Origin: a virus
Taxonomy: Duplodnaviria; Caudoviricetes
IMG/VR virus record: IMGVR_UViG_3300035703_000245
Span: 1 to 35,689 of that record
Strand: one strand, 5' to 3'
Length of the DNA: 35,689 nucleotides
The translations under genes and the position numbers were made by a program. Position 1 is the stretch's first letter; every line of letters begins with the position of its first letter. Below the pieces are notes generated by a model. That model saw only the letters and a program-made list of their open reading frames with translations, searched no databases and was not told the origin of the DNA. Below, one piece after another: positions 26,536 to 35,390 of this stretch.

Positions 26536-26750
26536 TTAAGTTCCTGACGGCCTTGCTGTCGCTGCTGCACCGCATCTGGGTAGAGTGGGACGCAAACAAA
26601 CTTCGGCAGCAGGGCCGTCAGGAAGCCGCGAAGGAAGCAGCCGATGAAGTCCAACGGCAACTCGATCTGGCGGAGCACGCTGCTCGGCTTGACGATCCTG
26701 TGCGTAACCAGCGCCTGCGCAACCGTTTCGACGACGCCGCCGGCGGTTAG
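26532..26750 (+). CDS. Putative i-spanin (Rz-like)
   Basis: N-terminal hydrophobic segment then a coiled coil; follows the holin. Confidence 0.65.
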   Translation: MIKFLTALLSLLHRIWVEWDANKLRQQGRQEAAKEAADEVQRQLDLAEHAARLDDPVRNQRLRNRFDDAAGG

Positions 26751-26895
26751 TCCGTACTGCGCAGTGGCGCATCCCATTCGTTACGATAGTCGGATCGACC
26801 GGCCGGAGACGGTGCGCCAGATTGAGGCGCATAACTCTGTGTGGGCTTGTCTGTGCGAGCAAGACTGCCCCGCCACCGCTCCAGATACCAAATAG
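26644..26895 (+). CDS. Putative o-spanin lipoprotein (Rz1-like)
   Basis: Signal peptide with lipobox VTSA-C, Pro- and Cys-containing mature part; overlaps the i-spanin in another frame; start uncertain. Confidence 0.65.
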   Translation: MKSNGNSIWRSTLLGLTILCVTSACATVSTTPPAVSPYCAVAHPIRYDSRIDRPETVRQIEAHNSVWACLCEQDCPATAPDTK

Positions 26896-27109
26896 CTTTG
26901 CCGACTTCCTGCGCCGTGGCGTCCTTGTGGCCAGCGCGGCTGATGTACTTCAACGCATTCCCGCGACAGTAGCCGGCGAACTCTTCCGGCGACAGCTTGG
27001 CCTCGATGTAGTCGATGGCCTCAATCCCGCCGACCTTATAGTGGTCGGGATGGTTGACCATGTCCGCACCGGCGAAACGCACCTCGGGGTGCAGCGGCAG
27101 CCTAGTCAT
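26747..27109 (-). CDS. DUF3310-like protein
   Basis: DMVNHPDHYKVGGIEAIDYI...GNALKYISRAGHK...KAIWYL; ATGA-coupled start at 27109. Confidence 0.85.
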   Translation of the reverse strand: MTRLPLHPEVRFAGADMVNHPDHYKVGGIEAIDYIEAKLSPEEFAGYCRGNALKYISRAGHKDATAQEVGKAIWYLERWRGSLARTDKPTQSYAPQSGAPSPAGRSDYRNEWDAPLRSTD

Positions 27110-27297
27110 GCCTTGATCCTCTTCGTCAGTTCGCGCCGCTCGCGCATGGTGCGCAACTTGGACAGCCGCTGATGCAGCCGCCGGGCGATGGCGATGCGCT
27201 TGTGCTTGGTGATCTCCTCGTCGAGCATCCGCTCCAGCGTCGGCTCGTCGTAATCGGATAGGTTCACGGCAATTGTCTGCCACGATATCTTAGCCAC
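27106..27297 (-). CDS. Small basic helical hypothetical protein
   Basis: 63 aa; LDEEITKHKRIAIARRLHQR; overlaps both neighbours. Confidence 0.7.
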   Translation of the reverse strand: MAKISWQTIAVNLSDYDEPTLERMLDEEITKHKRIAIARRLHQRLSKLRTMRERRELTKRIKA

Positions 27298-28606
27298 TCT
27301 TCAATTCCTCCAGTGCTACGTCGGACACCGCGCGCTTGTCGTGCAGGGCGCCCCAGATGCGTTCGTCGATGGTTTTGTCCGTCAGCATGACGTAGACCCA
27401 AACGTCGTGCGTCTGCCCACTGCGGTGCAGGCGCCCAACGGTTTGTTCGTATAGTTCCAGCGACCAAGGCAGCGACAGGAACACCATGTGGCAGCCGCCG
27501 TGCTGGAGGTTGAGGCCGTGCCCGGCCGACTTGGGGTGGACCAGCAGCAGTTCGACCTCGCCGCGGTTCCAGCGGTCGATGACGCCCTCGTCGTCCATCG
27601 TCTGCGCGTGCGGGAAGCGGCGCTTCAACTCCGCCAGTTCCTCCAGATAGCTGTAGGCGACGATGGTGTTGGCGCGCTGGTTCTCTTCCAGCAGTTCGGC
27701 CAGCCGGTCGAACTTGTGCGTGCTGAACCAGATGCTCTCGACGCCCGCGCCGCGGTTGTAGGCGAAGCCGCTGGCCATCTGCTGTAGCTTGCTCGTCACG
27801 GCCCCGGCGTTCTGCGCGATGACGCGCTCGTCGCCGAAGCGCGCGACGTATTCCTTCTTCATCTGCTCGTAGGGCGCGCGGTCGTCCATCTGCGTGCGCA
27901 CCTCAACGACGTGACACGGCGGCAGTTTGTCTTTATACTCCCCCGGCTCCAGCACATAGGTGGCCGGGCGGATGCGGGCCATGACCTGCTCCAGCGCGCC
28001 GTGCGCCGGTATCCACTGGCCGAAGTCGCGGTTGATGCAGATGAAGTACTGCTGCATGAAGGCGCCCTTGGCGCGGCCCAGCAGCGACTGGTCCACGATC
28101 TTGCACTGGCCGAACACGTCCTCCAGCCCGTTCGACGTGAACGATCCGGTCAGCCCCCAGCGCACCTTGATGGGGCCGATCAGCTTCTCCAGCGCCTTGA
28201 AGCGTTTGCCGCCGGGGTTCTTCAGGCGCGTGAGTTCGTCAAAGACGATCCCGTCAAAAGCGGACAGGTCGCGCACGGCCTGAAGGTTATCGTAGTTCGT
28301 GACGACAACCTGAGCGTCGCTGTGCCAAGCGGCGGCACGTTCGGCGGGGGTTCCGACTGCAACGCGCAGAGTAACTCCCGGTGCCCACTTGGGCTGCTCG
28401 ACAGGCCATACGTCGGTGCACACACGCTTCGGCGCAAGCACGAGCCAGCGTTTGACATGGCCGTCCTCCAGCATCGCCTTCATGGCGGTCAAGGTAATTG
28501 CGGTCTTGCCCGCGCCGACCGGCGCGAGGATCATCGCGCGGTCCCGCTCGTACAGGAAGTCGGCCGCGTCCTCTTGGTAGGGTCTCAGGCGAAGCGCGTC
28601 AGCCAC
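27290..28606 (-). CDS. SNF2-like SF2 helicase
   Basis: LRPYQ, APVGAGKT, VFDELT, GLTGS, SAGHGLNLQ, QTVGRLHRSGQ; start re-called at GTG 28606. Confidence 0.9.
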   Translation of the reverse strand: MADALRLRPYQEDAADFLYERDRAMILAPVGAGKTAITLTAMKAMLEDGHVKRWLVLAPKRVCTDVWPVEQPKWAPGVTLRVAVGTPAERAAAWHSDAQVVVTNYDNLQAVRDLSAFDGIVFDELTRLKNPGGKRFKALEKLIGPIKVRWGLTGSFTSNGLEDVFGQCKIVDQSLLGRAKGAFMQQYFICINRDFGQWIPAHGALEQVMARIRPATYVLEPGEYKDKLPPCHVVEVRTQMDDRAPYEQMKKEYVARFGDERVIAQNAGAVTSKLQQMASGFAYNRGAGVESIWFSTHKFDRLAELLEENQRANTIVAYSYLEELAELKRRFPHAQTMDDEGVIDRWNRGEVELLLVHPKSAGHGLNLQHGGCHMVFLSLPWSLELYEQTVGRLHRSGQTHDVWVYVMLTDKTIDERIWGALHDKRAVSDVALEELKSG

Positions 28607-28860
28607 TCGTCCACCCCTTCCTTCGACCAGAGGCAGACGTAGTGCTGCCGTGTGTGCGCCATCTCTTCTGCAAAGATTTCCTGCAAGGCCGACAGCCGGC
28701 CGCCGGGTTTCTTCAACTCCACGAACCACGCCTCGCCGTTCGGCATACAGGCGATGCGGTCGGCCACGCCCCGCTGCGATACGCTGCGGAACTTGTAGGC
28801 GTAACCGCCCAGCGCCTTCACGGCCTGTACGAAATAGCGTTCGATCTCTGCCTCAGTCAT
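28585..28860 (-). CDS. VRR-NUC domain nuclease
   Basis: EAEIE...GVADRI...FVELKKPGGRLSALQ. Confidence 0.9.
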   Translation of the reverse strand: MTEAEIERYFVQAVKALGGYAYKFRSVSQRGVADRIACMPNGEAWFVELKKPGGRLSALQEIFAEEMAHTRQHYVCLWSKEGVDEWLTRFA

Positions 28861-28866
28861 GCGAGA

Positions 28867-28926
28867 GGGCTACTCCAAAATTTTTTGTGTTTCAAGAGTT
28901 GACACAAGATTTATGTCAGGTAGGGT
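28867..28926. promoter_or_regulatory. Back-to-back divergent sigma70-type promoters
   Basis: Minus strand TTGAAA(28895)-17-TAGCCC(28867); plus strand TTGACA(28899)-16-TAGGGT(28926); TGACA-N9-TGTCA dyad at 28900-28918. Confidence 0.6.
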
Positions 28927-28959
28927 GGCGTTCCAACAACGCTACAGTAAGGTACAGTC

Positions 28960-30081
28960 ATGCAGCACAGTAGGATCGTCGGCGGTTCGACCGCCAAGCG
29001 CGTCATCAACTGCCCCGGCAGTGTCGCGCTGGTGGACAAGATGCCACCGCAACCCAGCAGCAGCTACGCCGATGAGGGTACGCTCCTGCACGACACCATC
29101 GCAGACATTCTGGACTGCAAGGGCGCCATCGAGGACTACGTGGGTCGCACGCACAACGACGTGGTGCTGACCGAAGACCTGATCGACAGCAAGCTGCGCC
29201 CGGCGCTGGCCGCGCTCGACAGCGTCGATCCTGACGTGCAGATGCAGTACATGATCGAGAGCAGGGTCGGCTTCGGCGACCTGCTGCCCGACGTGTTCGG
29301 CTCGACCGATCTCTTGGGCCGCATCGACAACCGCGCCATCGTGCTGGACTGGAAGTTCGGTGACGGCGTGCCGGTGAGCCCTGAAGAAAACCCGCAACTG
29401 CTGTTCTACGCGGCGGCTGCCATGCGGACGCCGCAGACCAAGTGGGTGTTCGAGGGTGCCGACGAGGTCGAGCTCATCATCGTCCAGCCGCCGAGCATCA
29501 AACGCTGGCTGACGACGCCTGCGCGCGTCAAGGCGTTCGAGGACGAGTTGGTCGCGGCCGTCAAGGTGGCGATGAAGCCGGACGCGCCGCTGGCGGCCGG
29601 CGACCACTGCCGCTGGTGCGCGGCCAAGCCGGTCTGCCCGCTGATGACAGGGGCCGTGGACCGCATGGTGAAGGCCAAGCTGGAGGCGCTCCCTGCCGAG
29701 CAGATCGCGCACTATCTGGAACAGGTGCCGATGATCGAAGCGTTCATCAAGGACTTGCAGCAGTTGGCGCACGGGATGCTCGAAGAGGGCCACGCCGTGC
29801 CCGGCTGGAAGCTGGTCAACAAGCGCGCGACGCGCCAGTGGGTCAACGAAGACAAGGCCGTGGCCTTCCTGACGAGCGCAGGCGTGGAGGCGTGGGGGGA
29901 ACCCAAGCCGCTGTCGCCAGCGCAAGCGGAGAAGGCGCTCAAGAAGGCCAAGATAGAATTGCCGGCGGGCCTCGTGGTCGCCGTCTCAACAGGTAGCACC
30001 CTCGCGCCGGAGAGCGATCCCCGGCCGGCGGTGTTGCAGATCGGTCAGACGCTGTCGAAGGCTATGGCTAAAATCCAGTAG
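28960..30081 (+). CDS. DUF2800-like PD-(D/E)XK / Cas4-like exonuclease
   Basis: CPGS, EGTLLH, FGSTD, LDWKFG, NPQLLFYA, HCRWCAAKPVCP. Confidence 0.85.
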   Translation: MQHSRIVGGSTAKRVINCPGSVALVDKMPPQPSSSYADEGTLLHDTIADILDCKGAIEDYVGRTHNDVVLTEDLIDSKLRPALAALDSVDPDVQMQYMIESRVGFGDLLPDVFGSTDLLGRIDNRAIVLDWKFGDGVPVSPEENPQLLFYAAAAMRTPQTKWVFEGADEVELIIVQPPSIKRWLTTPARVKAFEDELVAAVKVAMKPDAPLAAGDHCRWCAAKPVCPLMTGAVDRMVKAKLEALPAEQIAHYLEQVPMIEAFIKDLQQLAHGMLEEGHAVPGWKLVNKRATRQWVNEDKAVAFLTSAGVEAWGEPKPLSPAQAEKALKKAKIELPAGLVVAVSTGSTLAPESDPRPAVLQIGQTLSKAMAKIQ

Positions 30082-30098
30082 CGAAGAAAGGTAAAGTA

Positions 30099-30758
30099 AT
30101 GTCCAATGAAGTCACGAAGTTTGGCGGGGCCAACCTGCCGTCGGTTAAGTCGCTCTCCACGGCGCTGCGTTCGATCCAGAACGAAGTCGGCGCTGCGGCC
30201 AACATGGTCATCCTCAAGATGGACAAGACCGGCCACTGGGTGTTCGGCGCGGACCAGACCGAGGTCGAGGACGACAGCCTGTGGGCCGTCAACCCGTTCT
30301 CGTTCGTCCACGGCTACATCTGCTGGGGCGACGGCGAAGTGCTGGCCGAGAAGATGGTCGGCGTGGCCGAGCCGCTGCCGGAACTGGAGCCCGCTCCGAC
30401 GGCGTCCAAGCGCGGTTGGGAGATGCAGGTCGGCATGACGCTGGCGTGCACCAACGGCGAAGACGAAGGGATGCAGGCCCGCTACTCGGCCACTTCGGTG
30501 GGCGGCAAGAAGGCCGTGCAGGCGCTGGCTATCGCCATCGCCGAGCAGGTGGACAAGGATCAGGACAACCCTGTGCCTATCGTCCGTCTGCGCAAGGAGC
30601 ACTACCAGCACAAGTCGTATGGGCGCATCTTCACGCCCATCTTCGAAGTGGTGAAGTGGACCAGTCTTGACGGCGCTGCCGCCGAGGCCGAAGATAGCCC
30701 TGAAGACGACGCGCCCGAGGCCGACGCCCCGCGCCGTCGCCGTCGCGCAGTCGCGTAA
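30099..30758 (+). CDS. Putative single-stranded DNA-binding protein
   Basis: Between exonuclease and PolA; aromatic beta-rich core, YQHKSYGRIFTP, acidic tail. Confidence 0.65.
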   Translation: MSNEVTKFGGANLPSVKSLSTALRSIQNEVGAAANMVILKMDKTGHWVFGADQTEVEDDSLWAVNPFSFVHGYICWGDGEVLAEKMVGVAEPLPELEPAPTASKRGWEMQVGMTLACTNGEDEGMQARYSATSVGGKKAVQALAIAIAEQVDKDQDNPVPIVRLRKEHYQHKSYGRIFTPIFEVVKWTSLDGAAAEAEDSPEDDAPEADAPRRRRRAVA

Positions 30759-30765
30759 ACAGGGG

Positions 30766-30826
30766 GCGAAAGCCGGGGCGGTGCTTCCCTGCCGCCCCGG
30801 TGAGTAGCGGATGAAGTGAGGCATCC
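30766..30826 (+). promoter_or_regulatory. Structured RNA element in the polA leader
   Basis: 11 bp stem (30772-30782/30791-30801) with a GAAA/GAGUA internal loop; second stem GGAUG/CAUCC encloses the SD. Confidence 0.55.
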
Positions 30827-32794
30827 GTGACTATTCTTTGGTGTGATTTCGAGACGCGCAGCCGGTGCAATCTGCCCGAGCGCGGCGTCTACAACTACGC
30901 GATGGACCTGAGCACCGAGGTGCTGTGCATGTCCTACGCCTTCGACGATGACGAAGTGCAGACGTGGATGCCGGGGCAGCCGTTCCCCGAAGCCGTGCGC
31001 CAGCACAAGGGCCAGATACGCGCCCACAACGCCGCCTTCGAGCGGCTGATCTTCTGGTATGTCCTCCAGATCGACTACAAGCTGGAGCAGTTCTACTGCA
31101 CCGCTGCGCAGGCGCGCGCCAACTGCGCGCCCGGCAGTCTGGAGGACGTGGGCCGCTTCGCAGGCGCGTCAATGCGCAAGGACCACCGTGGCGCTCAACT
31201 CATTCGGCTGTTGTCTATCCCGCAGGCTGATGGCACTTTCCGCGAGGACGCCGACCTGATGGCCGAAATGGTGGCATACTGCGAGAGCGATGTGCGCGCC
31301 ATGCGGGCGATCAGTCAGGCGCAGCGGGAGTTGTCGGCCGATGAACTGCGAGATTATCACGTTAACGAGCGTATCAATGACCGCGGCATCCTGCTTGATA
31401 AACCTCTGGCTCTGGCGGCGGTGCGTTATGCAGAAACGGAAGCTGTCGAGATACAGGATATTGTTCGGGACGTTACTGAGGGGGTCGTCACGTCGGTCCG
31501 CAGCCCGAAGATGCGCGAGTGGGTTCTCGAAAGGGTCGGGCCGCAGGCGCTGAAGCTGGCGACTGTTCACAAGGACGGCGACGCCAAGCTGTCCATCGAC
31601 AAGAATGTGCGCGCCAACCTGCTGGCGCTGGCGGAGGAAAACCCGGATGAAGTCCCGGCGCAAGTGGCAGACGTTATCCAGTGTGCAGACGACCTGTGGG
31701 CGTCATCAGTGGCGAAGTTTGCGCGCGCGGCGGCTCTGGCTGATGAGGAAGATAGCCGAGTTAGAGGTGCGTTCGTATTTGCAGGAGGCAGCGCTACTGG
31801 CCGTGCTTCATCATTTGGATTGCAGGTCCACAACTTCCCCCGCCGCTGCGCCGACGACCCTGCACTGACGCGCGAGGCGATGGTGCGCGGGCACCAGATC
31901 GTCCCCAAGTTCGGCCGCCGCGTCACGGACGTGCTCAAGGGTATGCTGCGCCCCGCGCTGCACGCTGCACCCGGTAACGTGCTGGTGGTGGCCGACTGGG
32001 CCGCCATCGAGGCGCGGGTGACGCCGTGGGCGTCGAACAGCAAGAGCGGCGCGGCCAAGCTGGCCATCTTCGCCAAGGGCGAGGACGTTTACAAGCACAA
32101 CGCCGCTGCGACCTTCCGCGTGTCCTACGACGAGGTGGACAAGGACCAGCGCCAGATCGGCAAGGTGCAGGAGTTGGCGTGCGGCTTCGCGGGCGGCGTC
32201 GGGGCCTTCGCGTCGATGGGCCGCATCTATAACGTGATCCTGACCGAGAGCGAGAGCAAGCGCATGGTCGATGCGTGGCGGCGCGCGAACGGCTGGTCGG
32301 TGCCCTACTGGTCGAAGCTGGAGCACGCCTATCGCGCGGCCATGCGTAACGCGGGGCAGGAGTTCACCGCTGGCCGAACCACATATTTATTTGACGGCCA
32401 GCATCTCTGGTATGCCCTGCCGAGCGGACGTGTGCTATGTTACCCTTTCGCCCGCTTCAATGACGAGGGCGAACTGACCTACGCGAAGGCGTCGTGGAAG
32501 CCCGCGGCCGACGCGAAGGAGTGGCCTCGCGCCCGTCTGTGGCGCGGTCTGGCCTGCGAGAATATCACGCAAGCCGTGGCCAACGATCTGTTGCGCCATA
32601 GCCTGCGGCAGTTGGATGCGGAGGGGTTGGGCGTGGTGCTGCATGTGCATGACGAAATCGTGCTGGAAGTGCCCGAGGCGGACGCAGAGCGTGCCGCCGC
32701 CCGTCTGGTCGAGATCATGTGTCAACCGCCTGCATGGGCCAAGGGGCTGCCGCTGAACGCGGAAGTCGCCACTATGGTCCGTTATGGCAAGTAG
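30827..32794 (+). CDS. DNA polymerase, family A, with 3'-5' exonuclease
   Basis: Exo I DFET, AHNAAFE, YCESDV, ATGR, motif A DWAAIEAR, motif B RQIGKVQELACGF, motif C HVHDEI. Confidence 0.93.
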   Translation: MTILWCDFETRSRCNLPERGVYNYAMDLSTEVLCMSYAFDDDEVQTWMPGQPFPEAVRQHKGQIRAHNAAFERLIFWYVLQIDYKLEQFYCTAAQARANCAPGSLEDVGRFAGASMRKDHRGAQLIRLLSIPQADGTFREDADLMAEMVAYCESDVRAMRAISQAQRELSADELRDYHVNERINDRGILLDKPLALAAVRYAETEAVEIQDIVRDVTEGVVTSVRSPKMREWVLERVGPQALKLATVHKDGDAKLSIDKNVRANLLALAEENPDEVPAQVADVIQCADDLWASSVAKFARAAALADEEDSRVRGAFVFAGGSATGRASSFGLQVHNFPRRCADDPALTREAMVRGHQIVPKFGRRVTDVLKGMLRPALHAAPGNVLVVADWAAIEARVTPWASNSKSGAAKLAIFAKGEDVYKHNAAATFRVSYDEVDKDQRQIGKVQELACGFAGGVGAFASMGRIYNVILTESESKRMVDAWRRANGWSVPYWSKLEHAYRAAMRNAGQEFTAGRTTYLFDGQHLWYALPSGRVLCYPFARFNDEGELTYAKASWKPAADAKEWPRARLWRGLACENITQAVANDLLRHSLRQLDAEGLGVVLHVHDEIVLEVPEADAERAAARLVEIMCQPPAWAKGLPLNAEVATMVRYGK

Positions 32795-32807
32795 GGAAGG
32801 GATAGCG

Positions 32808-35153
32808 ATGAGTGAGGATCGCGCAAAGTTTATCGAGTTCATCACAGGGTTGGCCGACGTTGACGGCGAGACGGCCCTGCTGCTTCAGCAGAAGCCGAAG
32901 AAGGACGCCGAGGGCAACGTCATCTACCACGGCGACGGCGTGCCGCAGGCAGTGTTTCCGGCCTATCTGCCGGAGGCTGCCAAGATCAAGCAGGGGCAGG
33001 CGTGGTATGTGAACACCGGTTCGTTCATCATTGATCGCTTCACGGACAGCAAGCCGAGCGCCAAGGCCGAGAACTGCGACTACGTCCTGTTCATGATGCT
33101 GGACGACATCGGCACCAAGTCCAAGACGCCGCCCATCGAACCGACATGGATCATGGAAACGTCGGAGGGTTCGTTCCAGTGGGGCTACGCCTTCCGCGAA
33201 CAGCCGACCAAGCAAGAGTTCACCGCCGCGATCAAGGCGATTGCCGACGCGGGCTATACCGATCCGGGCGCGGTCAACGCCGTGCGCAACTGCCGCATCC
33301 CCGGCAGCGTCAACCTCAAGCAAGGGCGCGGGCTGTTCGAGGCGCGGCTGGTGGAGTTCCATCCCGAGCGCGAATACGATCTGCCCGACATCTGCGCCGC
33401 GCTGGGCGTGACGCCTGCCGAGCCTGACACCGCCCAGCACCGCCACGTTGCCATCCGTGACACCGGCGGCGACACTGTGCTGCAATGGCTGTCAGACAAC
33501 AATCTGGTTCTAACCAAGGTTAATAACGAAGGTTGGTGCGGCATCGTCTGCCCCAACCATGCCGAGCACACGGACGGCGCTCTGGAGGCCCGCTACAAGC
33601 CTTTGGATCGCTCGTTCTGCTGCTACCACGGCCACTGCCAGCACCTCGACAGCCGCACCTTCCTTGACTGGGTGGCCGAGAACGACGGCCCGCGCGTGAC
33701 CACGGGGCTGCGGGATGAGTTGATTGCCGAGCGCATGAAGATCATGGCCGACAAGATCATGCCGACCGAGGCCTTCCCTGACGAGGCTGCGGCGGTCGTG
33801 CGCGAGGTCGAGCGCAAGGAGGCCGGGCGGCTGGAAAAGGCCGAGTGGTTTGAGCGGTTCGCCTACGTCCAGTCGGACGACAGTTACTTTGACATGGTGA
33901 CGCGCCGCGAGGTGCCGCGGCAGGTGTTCAACTCTCTGTTCCGGCACGTTGAGTGCAAGTCCGTCCACAACAAGAAGCAGAAGATCAGTGCCTCCTACTA
34001 CTTCGACGAGCGGCGGCAGGAGTATGGCGCGAAGGCGCTGATCGGCATCACCTACGCTGCGGGCGAGGACGTGCTGGTGGCGCGCGATGGGCTGGTCTAC
34101 GGCAACCGCTGGGTCAACCACCGCCCCGATATGTCCGGCTCGGACATCATCCGCGACGAGGATGTCGAGCGGTGGCTGGATCACTGCCGCACGCTGGTCG
34201 AAGAGCCGGAGGAACTGGAGCACGTCCTCAACGTGATGGCGTTCAAAGTGCAGCACCCTAACGTCAAGATCAATCACGCGGTGCTGCACGGCGGCGACGA
34301 AGGGTCGGGCAAGGACACCATGTGGGCGCCCTTCCTGTGGGCCATCGGCGGTGAGCACCAGCATAACCGCTCGACCATCGAGACGGGCGGGCTGGAGAGC
34401 CAGTGGGGCTATGGTCTGGAGGCCGAGGTGGTCATCCTGAACGAGTTGAAGGAGCCGGAGGCCAAGGAGCGCCGCGCGCTGTCGAACAGGCTCAAGCCGA
34501 TCATCGCCGCGCCGCCTGAGACGATCACCATTAACCGCAAGGGGCTGCATCCTTATGAGATGCTCAACCGGCTTCAGGTCATCGCCTTCACGAATGATCC
34601 GCTGCCTATCACGATCCCGACACAGGATCGCCGCTGGTTCTGCATCTGGAGCCGCGCGCCGCGTATGACGGCGGCGGGCGCTGATGCGCTGTGGAACTGG
34701 TATAAGGCGGGCGGCTTCGAAAAGGTCGCCGCGTGGCTCTGGCAGCGCGACGTGACGCGGTTTAATCCGGCTGCTGCGCCGCCTGTGACCGAGTGGAAAC
34801 TGAACATGGTTGAGCATGGGCTGTCGGTCGCGGAGAGTTTCCTTGTCGATCTGATGCGCAACCGCATGGGGCCGTTCGTGCATGGTGTGGCGGCAGGGCC
34901 GTTCCACCGCCTGTGCGACACGATTGCGGCGGGTCACGTTCCGGCTGGCACGAAGGTGCCGCAGGCGGCGCTGCTGCACGCCTTCAAGGAAGCTGGATGG
35001 CGCGACATGGGCCGGATAGGCTCAACCGAGTTCCCGACGAAGAAGCACATCTTCGCCGATCCTGACGTGGCGGCGGGTGTCTCCAAGAGCGATCTGCGCC
35101 GCATGGTCGAGGGGGTTGCCTTGGACGGCGGAAAGGTGGTAGGAACGCGCTAG
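32808..35153 (+). CDS. Primase-helicase (RepB/AEP-like primase, Zn finger, DUF5906-like NTPase)
   Basis: MLDDIGTK, ETSEGSFQWGY, RIPGSVN; CPNHAEH...CCYHGHC; Walker A GDEGSGKD, VILNE, AFTN. Confidence 0.88.
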   Translation: MSEDRAKFIEFITGLADVDGETALLLQQKPKKDAEGNVIYHGDGVPQAVFPAYLPEAAKIKQGQAWYVNTGSFIIDRFTDSKPSAKAENCDYVLFMMLDDIGTKSKTPPIEPTWIMETSEGSFQWGYAFREQPTKQEFTAAIKAIADAGYTDPGAVNAVRNCRIPGSVNLKQGRGLFEARLVEFHPEREYDLPDICAALGVTPAEPDTAQHRHVAIRDTGGDTVLQWLSDNNLVLTKVNNEGWCGIVCPNHAEHTDGALEARYKPLDRSFCCYHGHCQHLDSRTFLDWVAENDGPRVTTGLRDELIAERMKIMADKIMPTEAFPDEAAAVVREVERKEAGRLEKAEWFERFAYVQSDDSYFDMVTRREVPRQVFNSLFRHVECKSVHNKKQKISASYYFDERRQEYGAKALIGITYAAGEDVLVARDGLVYGNRWVNHRPDMSGSDIIRDEDVERWLDHCRTLVEEPEELEHVLNVMAFKVQHPNVKINHAVLHGGDEGSGKDTMWAPFLWAIGGEHQHNRSTIETGGLESQWGYGLEAEVVILNELKEPEAKERRALSNRLKPIIAAPPETITINRKGLHPYEMLNRLQVIAFTNDPLPITIPTQDRRWFCIWSRAPRMTAAGADALWNWYKAGGFEKVAAWLWQRDVTRFNPAAAPPVTEWKLNMVEHGLSVAESFLVDLMRNRMGPFVHGVAAGPFHRLCDTIAAGHVPAGTKVPQAALLHAFKEAGWRDMGRIGSTEFPTKKHIFADPDVAAGVSKSDLRRMVEGVALDGGKVVGTR

Positions 35154-35178
35154 TCTCGTTTGCTCCGATGACTAGCGC
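35147..35178 (+). ncRNA. Candidate 3'-end small RNA hairpin with an anti-RBS loop
   Basis: 9 bp stem GCGCTAGTC/GACTAGCGC; loop contains TCGTTTGCTCCG, identical to 2728-2739. Confidence 0.4.
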
Positions 35179-35216
35179 AAACGCCCCGGCGGGCTCACTA
35201 CCGCCGGGGCGTTTTT
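35179..35216 (+). terminator. Intrinsic terminator between convergent operons
   Basis: AAACGCCCCGGCGG-N8-CCGCCGGGGCGTTTTT. Confidence 0.85.
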
Positions 35217-35219
35217 CGT

Positions 35220-35390
35220 TTAGGTGATCGGCGTGTCATCAGCGCCTATGCCAAGCCTGACCCATTGCCCGTGCCGCTTGATCTCAATGTGGGAGCCTCT
35301 GGTGCGGCCCCAAACGTAACGGGCCGCGTCTTTGGCTGTGCGACACCATGCAATCGCAACGTTGTCGCGGGTGACGCGGTATTCAGCCAT
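35220..35390 (-). CDS. Hypothetical protein (56 aa), last gene of the leftward operon
   Basis: MAEYRVTRDNVAIAWCRTAKDAARYVWGR...; stop lies next to the terminator. Confidence 0.5.
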   Translation of the reverse strand: MAEYRVTRDNVAIAWCRTAKDAARYVWGRTRGSHIEIKRHGQWVRLGIGADDTPIT

